Shown: positions 1 to 12,300 of the stretch, piece after piece
Layout of the letters: each line of letters opens with the position of its first letter
Numbering within the stretch: the first letter of the stretch is position 1
Assembly: GCF_020745735.1 (NCBI RefSeq)
Contig: NW_026867509.1
Span: forward strand, 496,001-560,000
Direction of reading: 5' to 3'
Origin: Hemiscyllium ocellatum
Taxonomy: Eukaryota
DNA length: 64,000 bases
The notes under the pieces: model-generated
Seen by the model: the letters and a program-made list of their open reading frames with translations, nothing else
Databases searched by the model: none
Told to the model about the DNA's origin: nothing
Made by a program: the position numbers and the translations under genes

Positions 1-95
1 GGGATATTAAAATTGCATGATCAGCCATGAGTATATTGAATGGGGCTTTTGATCTGAAGGGCCACATGGCCTAACACTTACACTTAATTTCTATG
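1..95 (+). mobile_element. CR1-type LINE 3' tail fragment
   Basis: Resembles the shark CR1 3' end (gatcagccatga...gaagggccacatggcct...tctatg); recognised by eye. Confidence 0.45.
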
Positions 96-104
96 TGTGT
101 ATTT

Positions 105-1457
105 TAAAGTTAAAAATCACTCAACGCCAGGTTATAGTCCAACAGGTTTAGTTGGAAGCATTAGCTTTCGTTGTGCTGTGTAGGTAGTTGTGGAGAATAA
201 GATTGTAAGGCACATAATTTATAGCAAAAACTTACAATGTGATGTAACTGAAATTGTATTTTGAAAAAGATCTGGCATGTTTGTTAAGTCTGTCATATTT
301 GAGAATGACTTTACATTCTTGGATATTTAAATCTAAACACCTTTTTTTTAACAAGTTACGTTCTCAAGTGCACTTTAACAAGTGGTATCATGTCGGCCCA
401 AATAAGGTATTAAAGCTGTTAACTCCCTGTGACACTGTCTGTGCCACAATGCTCAGATTGATTCTAATCTAAAAAACGGATTTACAGAATCTTACGTGGA
501 TTCATGCAGTTTTTGAGCAAAGTAAACTGTAATTCTGCAAGTACAAATTAACTCCATATATGTGTACATGTGCTTGTGTATGTGTGTGGTGTGTTGTCTG
601 TCTTTCTGTGTGTCCATCTGTCTGTGCAGTAGTGTCACTTTGAGTGTGATATGCACCCAAGGCCTCAGTACCCATAGCGGTGGCCTCAACTGGTCCTTGG
701 GTTCATGTTTCACTACAGGTGACCCGATTATACTATACACAGCCACAGATAGACGAACACACACATGCGCATGCGCGCGCGTGCACACACACAGACATAC
801 AGAAATACACACACACGTACTCAGACTCTCTGTCATGCACTCACACATTCACTCCCATACACACCATCTCACAGATTAAACTCCTTTTATACTCATCCTC
901 ACACACATGCACAAACCCTCTCACAGACACACATAACCCCCCACACCCCAAAACACACACGCCCCAACATGAACATATGCATGTATAAATTTGTGGGTTG
1001 AATTCTTATTTGCAGAATTACATTTCACACTGTGCAAAAACTGCACAAATCCTTGAACGGTTCTGTAAATACGTAGCTTAGATTAGAATCACTCTGACCA
1101 TTGTGGTATAGACAGCCTCACAGGGAGTTAACACCTTCAACGCCTTATCTTGGCCGACATGACATTAATTGTTAAAGTGCACTTGAAAATGTAACTTTTT
1201 AAAAATGGTTTTACGATTTACATAGGAAAGAACTGAATACAAGATGGTCATTCAAACAGATGGGAGACTTAACAAATAATGCAGGTCATTTTCAAAATAT
1301 AACCTGGTCCATCGCACTGTAAAGTTTTGCTATAAATTCTGTGCCTTACAAACTTATTCTCCACAATCACCTGATGAAGGAGCAGCACTCTGAAAACTAG
1401 TGCTTTCAAATCAACCTGTTTAATTATAAGCTGGTGTTGGGTGAAGTTTCAACTTTG
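105..1457. mobile_element. Old Neptune-type PLE 3' fragment arranged as a ~1.35-kb fold-back
   Basis: 105-244 is the reverse complement of ~1310-1457, and inner arms (~340-560 vs ~980-1210) also pair. The centre (~660-725) encodes a decayed PLE C-terminus (THSGGLNWSLG, cf. THEDGLNRDLGFMSHY). A hammerhead-like ctgatga...gaaa lies at ~1371-1400. Confidence 0.7.
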
Positions 1458-1582
1458 TGCACCCCAGTATAACACTGGCGTCTCCAAATCATATCTATTT
1501 TAAAGCAGCACTATTAAGCTTAGTAAGTATCGGCTACTTTTCAATGTGCCCCCAGCCCATTCACCGTTCCCCATGACAACAC

Positions 1583-1621
1583 AGTTTTTGCACGAAATTC
1601 CACCTGTTTCCTGTCACCGTG
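1583..1621 (-). other. 23-RSS of TRAV-like pseudogene
   Basis: Minus strand: heptamer cacggtg (1621-1615), 23-nt spacer, nonamer gcaaaaact (1591-1583). Confidence 0.9.
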
Positions 1622-2143
1622 TCTCTCAGCCCGCAGTAATATACTACACTGTCTGACAGCCGCAGTCCACTGATAGTGAAATTCCCCTCGTGTTTCGAAA
1701 TAGCCAGAAATGCAGAAAATCTATCGCCAACACTGTGTGATTTGAAAACATTTTCATGTGATGACTTGCAGCTAAATGATGTAAGGGATTCTCCACCGTC
1801 CTGATGGTACAGACGGCACAATTTTGAGAAATAGAAGGCAGCCGAAATCAAATAACCGAAGTAAACTGTTACTGAGTCTCCTTCAATCTCAGTTACTGTA
1901 ATTGGTTTAAGTGAGACCTAATGCGCACGACGAACCGCTGCAGAAATTTAGATTTGGAAATATATATATATATTAGCGTTATATTCTGCAATCAATGCAA
2001 AGGCATTTATGGCAAATGGAGGGAGAGTACAATTGAAGAGCAAGTTGTTCGTGTCATCGACAATTGAGAATTGTTAGAGTGGAGAACTAACCTGTTAAGA
2101 GAGCTGAAGCAGTGAGGAATGACTTAGTAATAATACCTGACAT
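1622..2143 (-). pseudogene. TCR alpha-type V pseudogene (leader 2143-2092, V exon 1937-1622)
   Basis: Leader MSGIITKSFLTASALLT followed by GTTAGT, and a tttctgcag acceptor. V exon ends EGNFTISGLRLSDSVVYYCGLRD + RSS. It has an in-frame TAG near the exon start, the first Cys replaced by Phe, and the WYRQ motif reading LYHQ. Confidence 0.88.
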
Positions 2144-4007
2144 GTTTTCAGGACTGATGGTGGGTTTGAACAGAGAGAACTGAAGCTCAATTATTTTAGT
2201 GCAGAACTGATGTTGCGTTTGAATATAGGGAGCTGAAAGTGAAATGTTTCATCTGAGATTTGAGATGAGGAGTTACATCTGCTCCTGGCTCACGGCTGGC
2301 AGAATCACCAGATGGCATCCAATCCACGTTTGGCTCTTTGTCCCACAATCCAATCGGTTTGAGAAAGGAGCGGGAAACGACATGTATTTGTTCTCATTCC
2401 AGTGAACTGCGCATAATAAAGTTTCTCAGAACTGTCCCAATTGATCTCATTATCCAACCGTACGTCACAAGTGGTTTTGCATAAAATCAAGCGCCGAGGA
2501 ACGACGACTGTCTGAGGTAGACAACATCACTAAGACATGAATGAAACCGATTTCTCATCTCTTAACAGTCAATGTCTGAGACTGTGATTACGAATATTTA
2601 AATTTGCCCTGCTGATGATGCCAAAGATTATCACTTGCAAATGCTGCTCAATGACATGAAGAAAATTTGTTTCAGAAGTGACTTGTTACAGAATGACACA
2701 CATAAAGTCCCAGCGAAAGTGATCAATTCGGCCGCTTTGTTTGTATTCACAGTTAGCAATTCGGATCTTAGATGTGATGCAATGAAAAAAAGCTGAGAAT
2801 TTCTGCTGTACACTCTGACTGTGCCTGTATGCTAAGCGCACAATGATTCCACAGAGTCAGAGACACTAAACACAGGAATATTTAAAAGAATCAGTTTCTT
2901 GTGTTGTTTCAAATGAAATTCATTTCTCTATGGAGTTTCAGAAGCAGAATAAATTAACCCATTTAACTGGCTCTGGGCTGCATTGAATGGTGTAGCATTG
3001 CTTTCGTGAGCTTTTCGAATCAAGGCAAGTGAATTTGCTGCCAGCATCGTGCAAGGTGCTGTATGATGTGGTCTTTCCAGAACTACAAACAGTGTGCTAC
3101 CATGCACTCAAACACAGACCGTGAGGAAATTAAATTAATCTCGGTTCAAACAGCGAAATGATTCTGGGGCAACTCAGAAAATTAGCTCCATACCCTGTTC
3201 CCTTTGAAATTTCGGCCAACATTCTATTTAACGTTCATGTTACCTACTGAGCTCATCTGTACTCACTGTACCTATTTGTGAGTGATAAAGTAGGAGCTAC
3301 ATCAGTGCCACTTCCTGCAATGTGATCCGACAGATGAGTTGATGCTGCGACCGTGCAGATGCCTTCTGGAAAGTTTGAATGTTTTGGCGTTAGTAGCGAA
3401 TATACGCCAGCAGAGGCTGGCATTATGCCACAATCAAATAAGATGAATCAACCAGGAAAGAAATGTTGACCTTGTTAATTCATTGTGATCACTCCGCAAA
3501 ATTTGTCTCCACTTTGCTGCCAAAACTTTCTGACCCGGTTTTAGACATATCCAAAGATCCTGTATAATTCATATACAGACACTGCTCTGAGACCCGTGCA
3601 GAAAGGCATTATACGACACCATCACAAGCTATAAATACTACAATTGCCTAAAATGCTAGATTGCATTTTATTGAATTGCAATGGATCCTAAACTGTAACA
3701 ATATTCTCGTTTAATGCGCGTGCATTGTCATTCACCACAAGGCAGTGTCTCATAGACCATTTGTCTATAATTACACAGCATGCAAAAGTGCCCTTCGTTG
3801 TAATGAAAAAATAAGTAATGCACGATAACCTTCCATAGTGCAGGTATTATTTCATAATGTATTATAAACACTGAAGACCTGTTGAAGAAACTTAATGTCA
3901 AAGTTTTGCATTTTGGAATAATGCAGCCAAGTCTGAGAAGGAAAATGTATAAACTTCTGGAAAAATTGTGATTAGCTGCACGATTTTCTCGAACGTCAAT
4001 GACTTAA

Positions 4008-4080
4008 CAGGGGTATCCATAGCAACGAGAACTGAATACCAAATGACAAAGAAGGGAGAAATGACTGGCTCCTGCACCAT
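4008..4080 (-). pseudogene. Orphan exon 1 of a GPR139-like GPCR
   Basis: MVQEPVISPFFVIWYSVLVAMDTP-G followed by TTAAGT. It parallels the intact exon 1 (YYPVLAAVGVP-G, GTAAGT), with the donor mutated GT to TT. Confidence 0.6.
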
Positions 4081-5129
4081 TGTTTGTAAACTGCAGGAGT
4101 TGTTGTCCTTGTGCAAGTTTTCTCTGCTACACATTCAAATTTTCCCTCATTTATTTGGAGTAGTAATCTTAGACAACTAAGTTACAGCATGCAAATTACT
4201 TAAATTTCGTTTAACGAAGAGATTACCTCACTGTTTCATGCCTTCCAACAAGGTGAATGAATGTATTTACTTTTGTGGACAGGTTCGCTGTAATTTCTTT
4301 GCTTAGTGAAACATCACAAACTTGGCGAGGAGTTTTTCCCAAGCGAATCCACGCTGCTAGTAAACACTGAGTTAAGTCAATGTTACAATACTTCCTTTTG
4401 GTTTCTTGTTTCTGCTATTTCCCAGTTTAATCTTTAATTTAGGCATCAACTTACTTCATATGTTGTGTTCTTTTAAACGTGTTCTAGTGCCTAATACTTT
4501 AACAATGCTCAAACATTTCCATAAATGTACAGTTGAAATTTTGTAATAAACTGCTTACACACATAATAGATTAAGATGGAAGCATCAAATGCAAATTTTG
4601 GCAACGTTGAATCTGAAAAGAATGTTGATTTGATCAGATAAATCAAACGTGCAAGAAGGGGGTATACATGGTGAAGATTGTGAAGAGAGCTTCTGGTACA
4701 GGAACAGATGACTGATATCATTATTTAATATAACGAGAGAAACATCAGTTCAATGAGTGACGGGATGACTGATTAAAAATAGAGTGCCACATTAATTGAC
4801 AACAGGGGTTTAGTACTTTATTGGAGAAACCTTCATATGGTCTCGCAGTAGCAAATGAAATAAAACCGTTTGCAGTGCTCACAGGGCCACATGTAGTAAT
4901 TGAAGCATATACTATTTCAGCAACAATCAAAATATCTCAAGATGCCAAATCATCCAATACATGTTCGAAACCAGTAAATAGCATGTGAATCTATTGTGCC
5001 GATGACACAATCTGGAGAAATGGCAAATAAGATATGGCTAAGTATAATAGAAGCAGAGGCATATAGTTGCTTATATTAAACAGAGATTATGTGCAATGTA
5101 ATATCTGCAAAAAAGAGACACAAGTTATG

Positions 5130-6420
5130 AAGTGAAGCTAAGCTTAAACAATAACATAGCTATCATAATGCTAGCTGACACAGCGACCAGTTTCATGGAA
5201 ATAAATAGATGCACACTTCTCCCAATTACTGCGGAATGGCAGAAAGTATGATATAAAGATAAACAGGATTTGATTCGGTAATCAGGCAATTGCTGAAGTA
5301 TCTGTAGGATCTTGTGCATTTAACAATTGTTTCCTAAGCCTGTTCACCGTGGAGGCACGGGCTTGACAAATTACAATCAAAACCTCGTGAAACTGTGAGA
5401 GGACCAGTGTGTATTTATATGCATAATAAGTTGGATAATGTACGATAACAGTGCGGACCCTTTGTCGTTCTGACAGTGATATAAACAGCTCCAATAAGAA
5501 AATATAATGATGAAAGAGATAGAACTAGAAAAGTAATATTTAGTATCTGCAAAAATGCGAATGCAGTCATTGATGCAACAATACATTAAGTCGACAGGCA
5601 TTAGTGAAATAATAATGAGGACTGGTAATTCACGAACTACGGCAGATTCATATTTATAATATAAATACCTTGCATTTGTTCCTATAGGAATCAAAATGTG
5701 TTCACAGTGTGTAAGAAGCTCACTCATGTTCCAACGTTCTATGTGTTTGCAGTGCGTTGTGTAGATGGTACACTTTGCTGTTCCTGAATGCCTGTTTCGC
5801 AGCGAGTGAACTTTTGTGAAGGCAATGTTCATCAAGGTGGCTGCTTTTTACTGCATGCCGTCAAGTTTCTCTAATCTTAATGAAATCAGCCACCATCACA
5901 CGAAATGGCACAGCAGGCTCGAGATTGGAATGTCCTTCTGCGTTTCTATTTTTCATGTTCATGCATTAACGACCAGCATGTATTCTCATCAGAAAAAAAG
6001 GGACTGAATAGGAGATTGAAGAGGTTGGATCAGCTTCTCTGGGAAAAAAAGGAACCATGAAGTGACTGAATAGGAATGTTTCAAATAATGCATTTGTTAA
6101 GTGAAATGAATTTGAAAGAAAAGTTCTTACATGTTACTCCATGAGGAATAGATATCAATAAAAGTTCACTGAATAAAATACAGAGGTGATACTGAGGCAA
6201 ATGCATCTTTCCAAAGACACATTGCAACAGAACAGAGCCACTAATACACATAGTAGATGGAACAGGCCGGTGGCAGAATGGAGAAAGGAATTGATGGTTA
6301 CATGGTTCCAACTGTTAATATATCATGTTGTGTAAAGGGGACAGAGGTTCATGACATGTATTTGCACTGGCCCTGTAAATTTCGTCAAATATCTTGTGCC
6401 TGTGCTGAAGCTTGTATATA
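5130..6420 (-). pseudogene. Possible highly decayed class-A GPCR remnant
   Basis: Scattered fragments in different frames: ILPPACSIYYV, VSLERCICL, VICQARASTVNRLRKQLLNAQDP, KLVAVSASIMI. They are loosely in TM order; support is weak. Confidence 0.25.
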
Positions 6421-8053
6421 ATACGAAGTTCAGAGAAAGCTAGACAGGGAAAATATTGGAGAGAATCAGGCAATTGGTTGGAGGGCCTGGAGATGACCAT
6501 ATGTTAAAATGGACGCCCCACGCAGTAAAATTGAAACCACAGCTGAACCGGCACAAAATAAAATCAACAGACAATACTAAGAATTTAGAACGACCTCTCA
6601 GGATGGTGCAAACGACTAGCAGAAGAAATTAGTTGTTAAAATGAAATGAAATTGACTGTGAAAATTCAAAATAATTTCAAATCGATAAAGTCGAGCCTCT
6701 TTTTAGCCGATAATACACAAAAGAAATAACAGGTAGAGCATTTCCTAAAATGCTGATCTATTAATATCATTGATCTCTGACAGTCGGTGTTCAATTTAAA
6801 TGAGAGTTCACTTTTGGTTCTTTCTTTTTGTGAATGGTGATGGAAACCAGCTTGGTCTCAGATTTTTTTTGCAAGTTACGTGTCGCTTATGTCCGAATTT
6901 TGATTTGAGTTCACGTTTCTTCAGAAAAAAATGCAAAAGTAAGAGTAACATCAGAAAATCAGCACAGAGGAATGTTATTTGATATGCATGCCAACCCCCA
7001 CACCATGAAGCTGGAATCTAATTCGTCCTGAAATTCTTGCTTTCTCACAGTAGTCCAACACATATTTACTGATGCAATAAACATTCAATTTGAGTGCATG
7101 CATCTTATGGACTAGACCAGACCACTTAAAACATTTTAAAGCAGGCAGCCTATACCATAACTTTGGAATTTGTTTCGGTAAATGTACAGTGAAAATTACC
7201 CAGATTAAGTTAGCTAGGTTGACTAAAAAAATTTAATACAGAAAAAAATGTGTTCACAAAATTGGACAATGAAACACAAAGCACAGAATAACGAAATCGT
7301 ACGGAATTCAGTCTATCCAAAATAGATGTAATTATGCTGTTCCAAACATGCACAAACGTCTCAATAATTAAAATACATTGAAGTACTAATATATATGGAG
7401 CACATGCTTGCAGGTTGACGTTTAAGGGCAGAAAGAGAGAAAGAGATTTCCACCTAGTTCATTTCAAACCCTCACCAGTTCAAGACTGAATTAAACTGCT
7501 CAGCTAGGGAGCTGACCCCACTAACCTTTCATTATACCAGCCATTTCTAAACCAGGACTATTTTGGACTGAAGATTCATCTGTTTACATATAAACAAAAG
7601 GCCCCTCAAAATGTTTTTCATCTCTGTACCAAACCAGACTGATCTGAGCCCGGCCTGGTTTATTCCCCACCCCCCCCCCCCCCCGCCCCCCGAAAAACAA
7701 ATCAAGGATCGAGTATCCTTTAGCAAAGGAGCAGCTTTTCGGAAAAAAGCTCGCTTTGTGACACGGGTTATTGACAAAACTGTTCATGCTATTCACCTCT
7801 TGTGTGAAATGTAACAAACCATGTCCGTTATTTATTGACTTTCTGTAAACAGTTTGTAAAGATGGAACAAGCTTTGTCAGATGCTGGTTGACTCAAAGCT
7901 AGATTTCTTCCAATTAATAGGGTGCTTCCTCTATGAACAGTGCATTACTGAACAATATGTATTTAATACAGCAGATTCTGGTTACAAACAATCCTGCACA
8001 GCCCCATCCCAAACCCCTGGTTCAGAGTCCAGCTCCTCAGATCTCTACCAATA

Positions 8054-8249
8054 TGATTTTGCATTGCTCGCTCTGTGCACCATGATACTGTGTCTGTAAT
8101 CCCACCATTATTCAGTTTTTGTACTCGTCTCTGCGTGCTTTGTGTCACCGTGTCTATAAACTCTACCATTATAAGCCATTTTTAAGCTTTCTCCGTGCTC
8201 TATATATTTGTGTCTGTAATCACACCATGTTCTGGTATTTGACAGCTCT
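8054..8249 (-). repeat. Tandem 60-bp 23-RSS array, distal part
   Basis: Heptamers start at 8086, 8146, 8206 and nonamers at 8054, 8114, ~8174, 8234 (exact 60-bp period). Best unit: cacggtg-23-acaaaaact (8152-8114). Confidence 0.85.
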
Positions 8250-9568
8250 GTTGAAAATGTGTTGCTGGTTAAAGCACAGCAGGTTAGGCAGCATCCAACG
8301 AATAGGAAATTCGACTTTTCGGGCATAAGCCCTTCATCAGGAATGAGGAGAGTGTGCCAAGCAGGCTAAGATAAAAGGCAGGGAGGAGGGACTTGGGGGA
8401 GGGGCGATGGAGATGTGATAGGTGGAAGGAGGTCAAGGTGAGGGTGATAGGCCGGAGTGGGGTGGGGGCGGAGAGGTCTGGAAGAAGATTGCAGGTTAGG
8501 AGGGCGGTGCTGAGTTGAGGGAACCGACTGAGACAAGGTGGGGGGAGGGGAAATGAGGAAACTGGAGAAATCTGAGTTCATCCCTTGTGGTTGGAGGATT
8601 CCCAGGCGGAAGATGAGGCGCTCCTCCTCCAGCCGTCGTGTTGTTATGTTCTGCCGATGGAGGAGTCCAAGGACCTGCATGTCCTCGGTGGAGTGGGAGG
8701 GAGAGTTAAAGTGTTGAGCCACGGGGTGGTTGGGTTGGTTGGTCCGGGCGTCCCTGAGGTGTTCTCTGAAGTGTTCCGCAAGTAAGCGGCTCGTCTCCCC
8801 AATATAGAGGAGGCCACATCGGGTGCAGCGGATGCAATAGATGATGTGTGTGGAGGTACAGGTGAACTTGTGGTGGATATGGAAGGATCCCTTGGGGCCT
8901 TGGAGGGAAGTGAGGGAGGAGGTGTGGCCGCAAGTTTTACATTTCCTGCAGTTGCAGGGGAAGGTGCCGGAAGTGGAGGTTGGGTTGGTGGGGGGTGTGG
9001 ACCTGACGAGGGAGTCACGAAGGGAGTGGTCTTTGCGGAACGCTGATAGGGGAGGGGAGGGAAATATATCCCTGGTGGTGGGGTCCGTTTGGAGGTGGCG
9101 GAAATGACGGTGGATGATACGTTGTATACGGAGGTTGGTGGGGTGGTTGGTGATAACCAGTGGGGTTCTGTCTTGGTGGCGGTTGGAGGAGCGGGGCTCA
9201 AGTGCGGAGGAGCGGGAAGTGGAGGAGATGCGGTGGAGGGCATCGTCGATCCCGTTTGGGGAGAATCTGCAGTCCTTGAAGAAGGAGGCCATCTGGGCTT
9301 TGCGGTGTTTGACCTGGTCCTCCTGGGAGCAGATGCGGCCGAGACGAAGAAATTGGGAATATGGGATGAAGTTTTTACAGGGGGCAGGGTGGGAGGAGGT
9401 GTACTCCAGATAGCTGTGGGAGTCAGTCGGTTTATAGTAGACGTCTGTGTTGAGTCGGTCACCTGCAATAGAAATGGAAAGGTCGAGGAAGGGGAGGGAG
9501 GAGTCTGAGACAGTCCAGGTGAATTTGAGGTCGGGATGGAAGGTGTTAGTAAAGTTGATGAACTATTC
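8250..9568 (-). mobile_element. Neptune-type PLE, 5'-truncated (RT C-terminus, Cys-rich linker, GIY-YIG)
   Basis: ORF 9292-8366 contains CNCRKCKTC and IIYCIRCTRCGLLYIGET. The in-frame upstream sequence reads FHPDLKFTW...LPFLD. Confidence 0.92.
8310..8343 (-). ncRNA. Minimal hammerhead ribozyme motif (mutated)
   Basis: ttc-CTGATGA-a-gggc-ttat-gccc-GAAA-aGTC-gaa. An A replaces the usual C after GAAA, breaking the ACGT palindrome. Confidence 0.65.
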
Positions 9569-9667
9569 ATCAGTTTGAGAGCTCTATCCGTACTCAGTGA
9601 CACTGAGTCTATCATTCCCAGCATGTTTCGGTTGTGTGCAACTGTCTCCTAAAGCTGTATCATTGTA
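9569..9667 (-). repeat. Tandem 60-bp 23-RSS array, proximal part (V RSS + second RSS)
   Basis: tacaatg-23-acacaaccg (9667-9629), 21 nt, then ctcagtg (9607-9601) with a 22-23-nt spacer and tcaaa. Heptamers are 60 bp apart. Confidence 0.7.
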
Positions 9668-9972
9668 TGTGAGATGAGTGCGGATTCAATGCGCAGTTAT
9701 ACGCAGTGGAGTCATTAGGCTGTATTTGCGAGACCAGTAACGAACTGATGTCCGACACAGGATCAATAGAAACAGAAATTCGCCCGCCACTAGCATTTTA
9801 TTTATTGTGCTCTCCGGACGTGTACCTTTGAACTGGATATTTCAGCGCTTGTCATGGGTACTGACAGAACCAGTAAACTATGTCCTGAGGGAGCCCTGAA
9901 TATTCACAGCATAAAGAAATGGTGTCACCTGAGAGTTGTAGGGGTGGATTCTGGACGTCACGTAACTGGAAT
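9668..9972 (-). pseudogene. TCR delta V pseudogene, supporting-V-like family
   Basis: cccacag acceptor; GDTISLCCEYSGLPQDIVYWFCQYP*QALKYPVQRYTSGEHNK*NASGGRISVSIDPVSDISSLLVSQIQPNDSTAYNCALN. Two stops and a 5' frameshift; no leader seen upstream. Confidence 0.85.
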
Positions 9973-10344
9973 CTGTGGGATGACATTCAAGATCATTACT
10001 TATTCAACCTGTGTTACAGTGAAATTGAAAATTATCATAATGATGTTGTACTGTTCGTTGACATTTCAGTGGGCACCATTCTGTTTAGCCGAAACATAAA
10101 CTAATGAGGCGATGAATTTCCATTTGATTTTACATATGTTCTTCTTATTATGTGCAATTCATTGCCAAAATTGACGGTGGAAGTTGATCCAACAGTAACT
10201 TTCAATAGGCAATCGACAACAGCTGATTCTGGCAGAAAATCAATGGCTATGGGATTAGGCAAGTACAGGAGGAACCATTTCAAAGAACTCTGAAGGAGAC
10301 AGTATCCACAAAAGGAGCAGAATGCTATCGTCAGCGATTTTGTG

Positions 10345-10384
10345 ATGCATGTAACATTTCTGCTTCTATTCATTCTATTGGCAG
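10345..10384 (+). pseudogene. Possible orphan V leader exon
   Basis: MHVTFLLLFILLA-G followed by GCAAAC (GC donor). It runs directly into a CR1 fragment and no V exon was found downstream. Confidence 0.3.
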
Positions 10385-10399
10385 GCAAACTCAAGGGAC

Positions 10400-10705
10400 C
10401 ATCTTGTCGTCAAATTGAAAGCTTGAGGGCTTGTTTTAAGATGAAAGGAGAAAGATTGAAAAGGAGCATGAGGGTCAATTATTTTATACGGAAGGTGATA
10501 AGTAGTTCGAATGAAAAGCCAAGCAACTCTTTGTTGTGGGTACAGTGACAACACTTAAAAGGTATTTGGGTACGTACTTGAGCAGGAAATATCAAAAGGA
10601 TATAGGACAAACGCAGGCAAATGGTACGACTTTGTCTTGGAAAACTTGGTCAGCATGGACCATTTGGTCGAAATAGTCTGTTTCGTTGCTGTATAACTCT
10701 ATGAT
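10400..10705 (+). mobile_element. CR1 LINE 3' fragment
   Basis: Shark CR1-like tail (tttaagatgaaaggagaaagattgaaaagg...ttggtcagcatggac...ctgtataactctatga). Confidence 0.6.
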
Positions 10706-11899
10706 AATAATAACAGTCCAAAATTAACTTCCAATAAGGAACCAAACTATCTTGTGCCACTATGCTGAAAGATATGTTTCATCAGCATTGATTTGTTCGA
10801 CCACTTTCTGCAGTTTAATTCTGTCCATGACATTCTACGCAATTTTTGATCTGATTCTTCCGCCCAGTCCATTCACTTTCTTCTCTAACGTTTAACTCTA
10901 AGTCAAACTGTTCACTTTAGTATCATTTGATATTTGATTTTCCTTTTTGCCTTATCCTTAACTTGCAAGAGTGGCAAATTGTACTAATCTTTCTCAGTAG
11001 TCGCTTCGGGTCAGTCTGTACTTTTTTTGAGTTGGCTTTATCGTTACACTCTTGGAACTCACCTGCAGATCTACCTCAAATTCAATTCTTTACATTGATT
11101 TATTGTCTTCCAGATATTCTGAATGGGCATCCTTTTAGTTTTATATTAAATATTAAGATATGGCTTAAGTCTTTTGGACAAACTAATTTGTGTCTGTGCA
11201 TATACCCGAACATTCACCCCGGCTCGAAATCTAATTGGGATTGTCCACACAACGGATGTGGAGGTTTATTCCCTTCTCCTCGCTGTATTTCAAAACCTTC
11301 CATAAATGACTCAATGCAATGCGATCCAACCACACAGTTTGTCAGCTGGTTCTATAGTCTTATCTTCATTGTTTTATTTGTTTTGTTAGCGGTATATTGT
11401 TTGCATTCAGTCTGATTAAACCCATTCACTACGTCATGACACAAAGGATTTTTATGAAGTTTCTTAGTGCTTCGCTTTTCTTGTACAAAAGAGACCCAAC
11501 GAAAGGAGTCAATGTTTGGAATTCCACTGCCCGTTGAGTTACAGAATGCCGCTAATTTAAGAAAATGGCATGACTGAACGACTTTCTGTTCTTCATAGTC
11601 CAAACTTCCTACCATTTAATCGCAAATTGTGAACACTCGAGAGACTTTTCTGTAGCAATAAATTCCATCGAATGTCGAACCATTAATAATTATTTCTGTT
11701 CACTTTAGATCACTTTTCATTATTCTAACCGCTAAGCAATGAATTTTCAACTTCATAATTACTTCACAAAAGTAATCTCAAGACAATGTTAAGGGCGGCA
11801 GCTTCCTTCCAGAGATGATATTTGTGAATGTGTTGAATTTTACCATCTTAACAAGTGAGCCACTTCTGTGTTTACGTTAAATTCAACTTCTAACATATC

Positions 11900-12300
11900 A
11901 CAACATGTTACTTAGGTCTTTGAAGTAGTAGTTCAGCGATTTTATTACAAAGTTATCACCTTGGTGACCAAGGCATCTGTCTGGGCCTACTTCAAAATGC
12001 ATGGTTAACTTATCTCTTAATCTCTCGGCCTCACCCCTGTCTTCAGAGTATATCCCAATTTTTCCTAAATGTAATCAAACCTGAAGAAGAGTTATTGGAT
12101 CAAATCGTTAACCCCGCTCGCCTTGAAGTGATGCTCACTGATGTCTTGATAGTTTCTACCCATTTCTGTTCACATTTTCATGTTTTCTCAGTTGTGATGA
12201 CATGCCATCTCAAACACACCATTAACTTTGTCTCTGTACAGACAGCCTATCTGGTCTGTTTTGTACGTTATCCTTTAAAACTGTAACAATCAGATTTCCT
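11900..12300 (-). mobile_element. Decayed CR1 LINE fragment
   Basis: CR1-like endonuclease-region sequence, by eye; boundaries approximate. Confidence 0.4.

Noticed and set aside
492-1001. Cys/Val- and His/Thr-rich ORFs (also 22346-22722)
   Set aside because: Translations of CA/GT low-complexity repeats.
2570-2850. Possible Ig constant-like exons here and at 50230-50490
   Set aside because: Stops are present and there is no correctly spaced C-W-C pattern.
8054-8249. 60-bp periodic array read as a CRISPR-like or ordinary minisatellite
   Set aside because: The DNA is vertebrate, and the conserved parts coincide with RSS heptamer/nonamer positions rather than a uniform repeat.
8644-9624. 326-aa Pro/Ser/Thr-rich ORF
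   Set aside because: Alternate frame of the Neptune PLE, starting fortuitously in the RSS array.
10927-11415. 162-aa ORF with a hydrophobic C-terminus
   Set aside because: No recognisable domain, non-ATG start, AT-rich composition.
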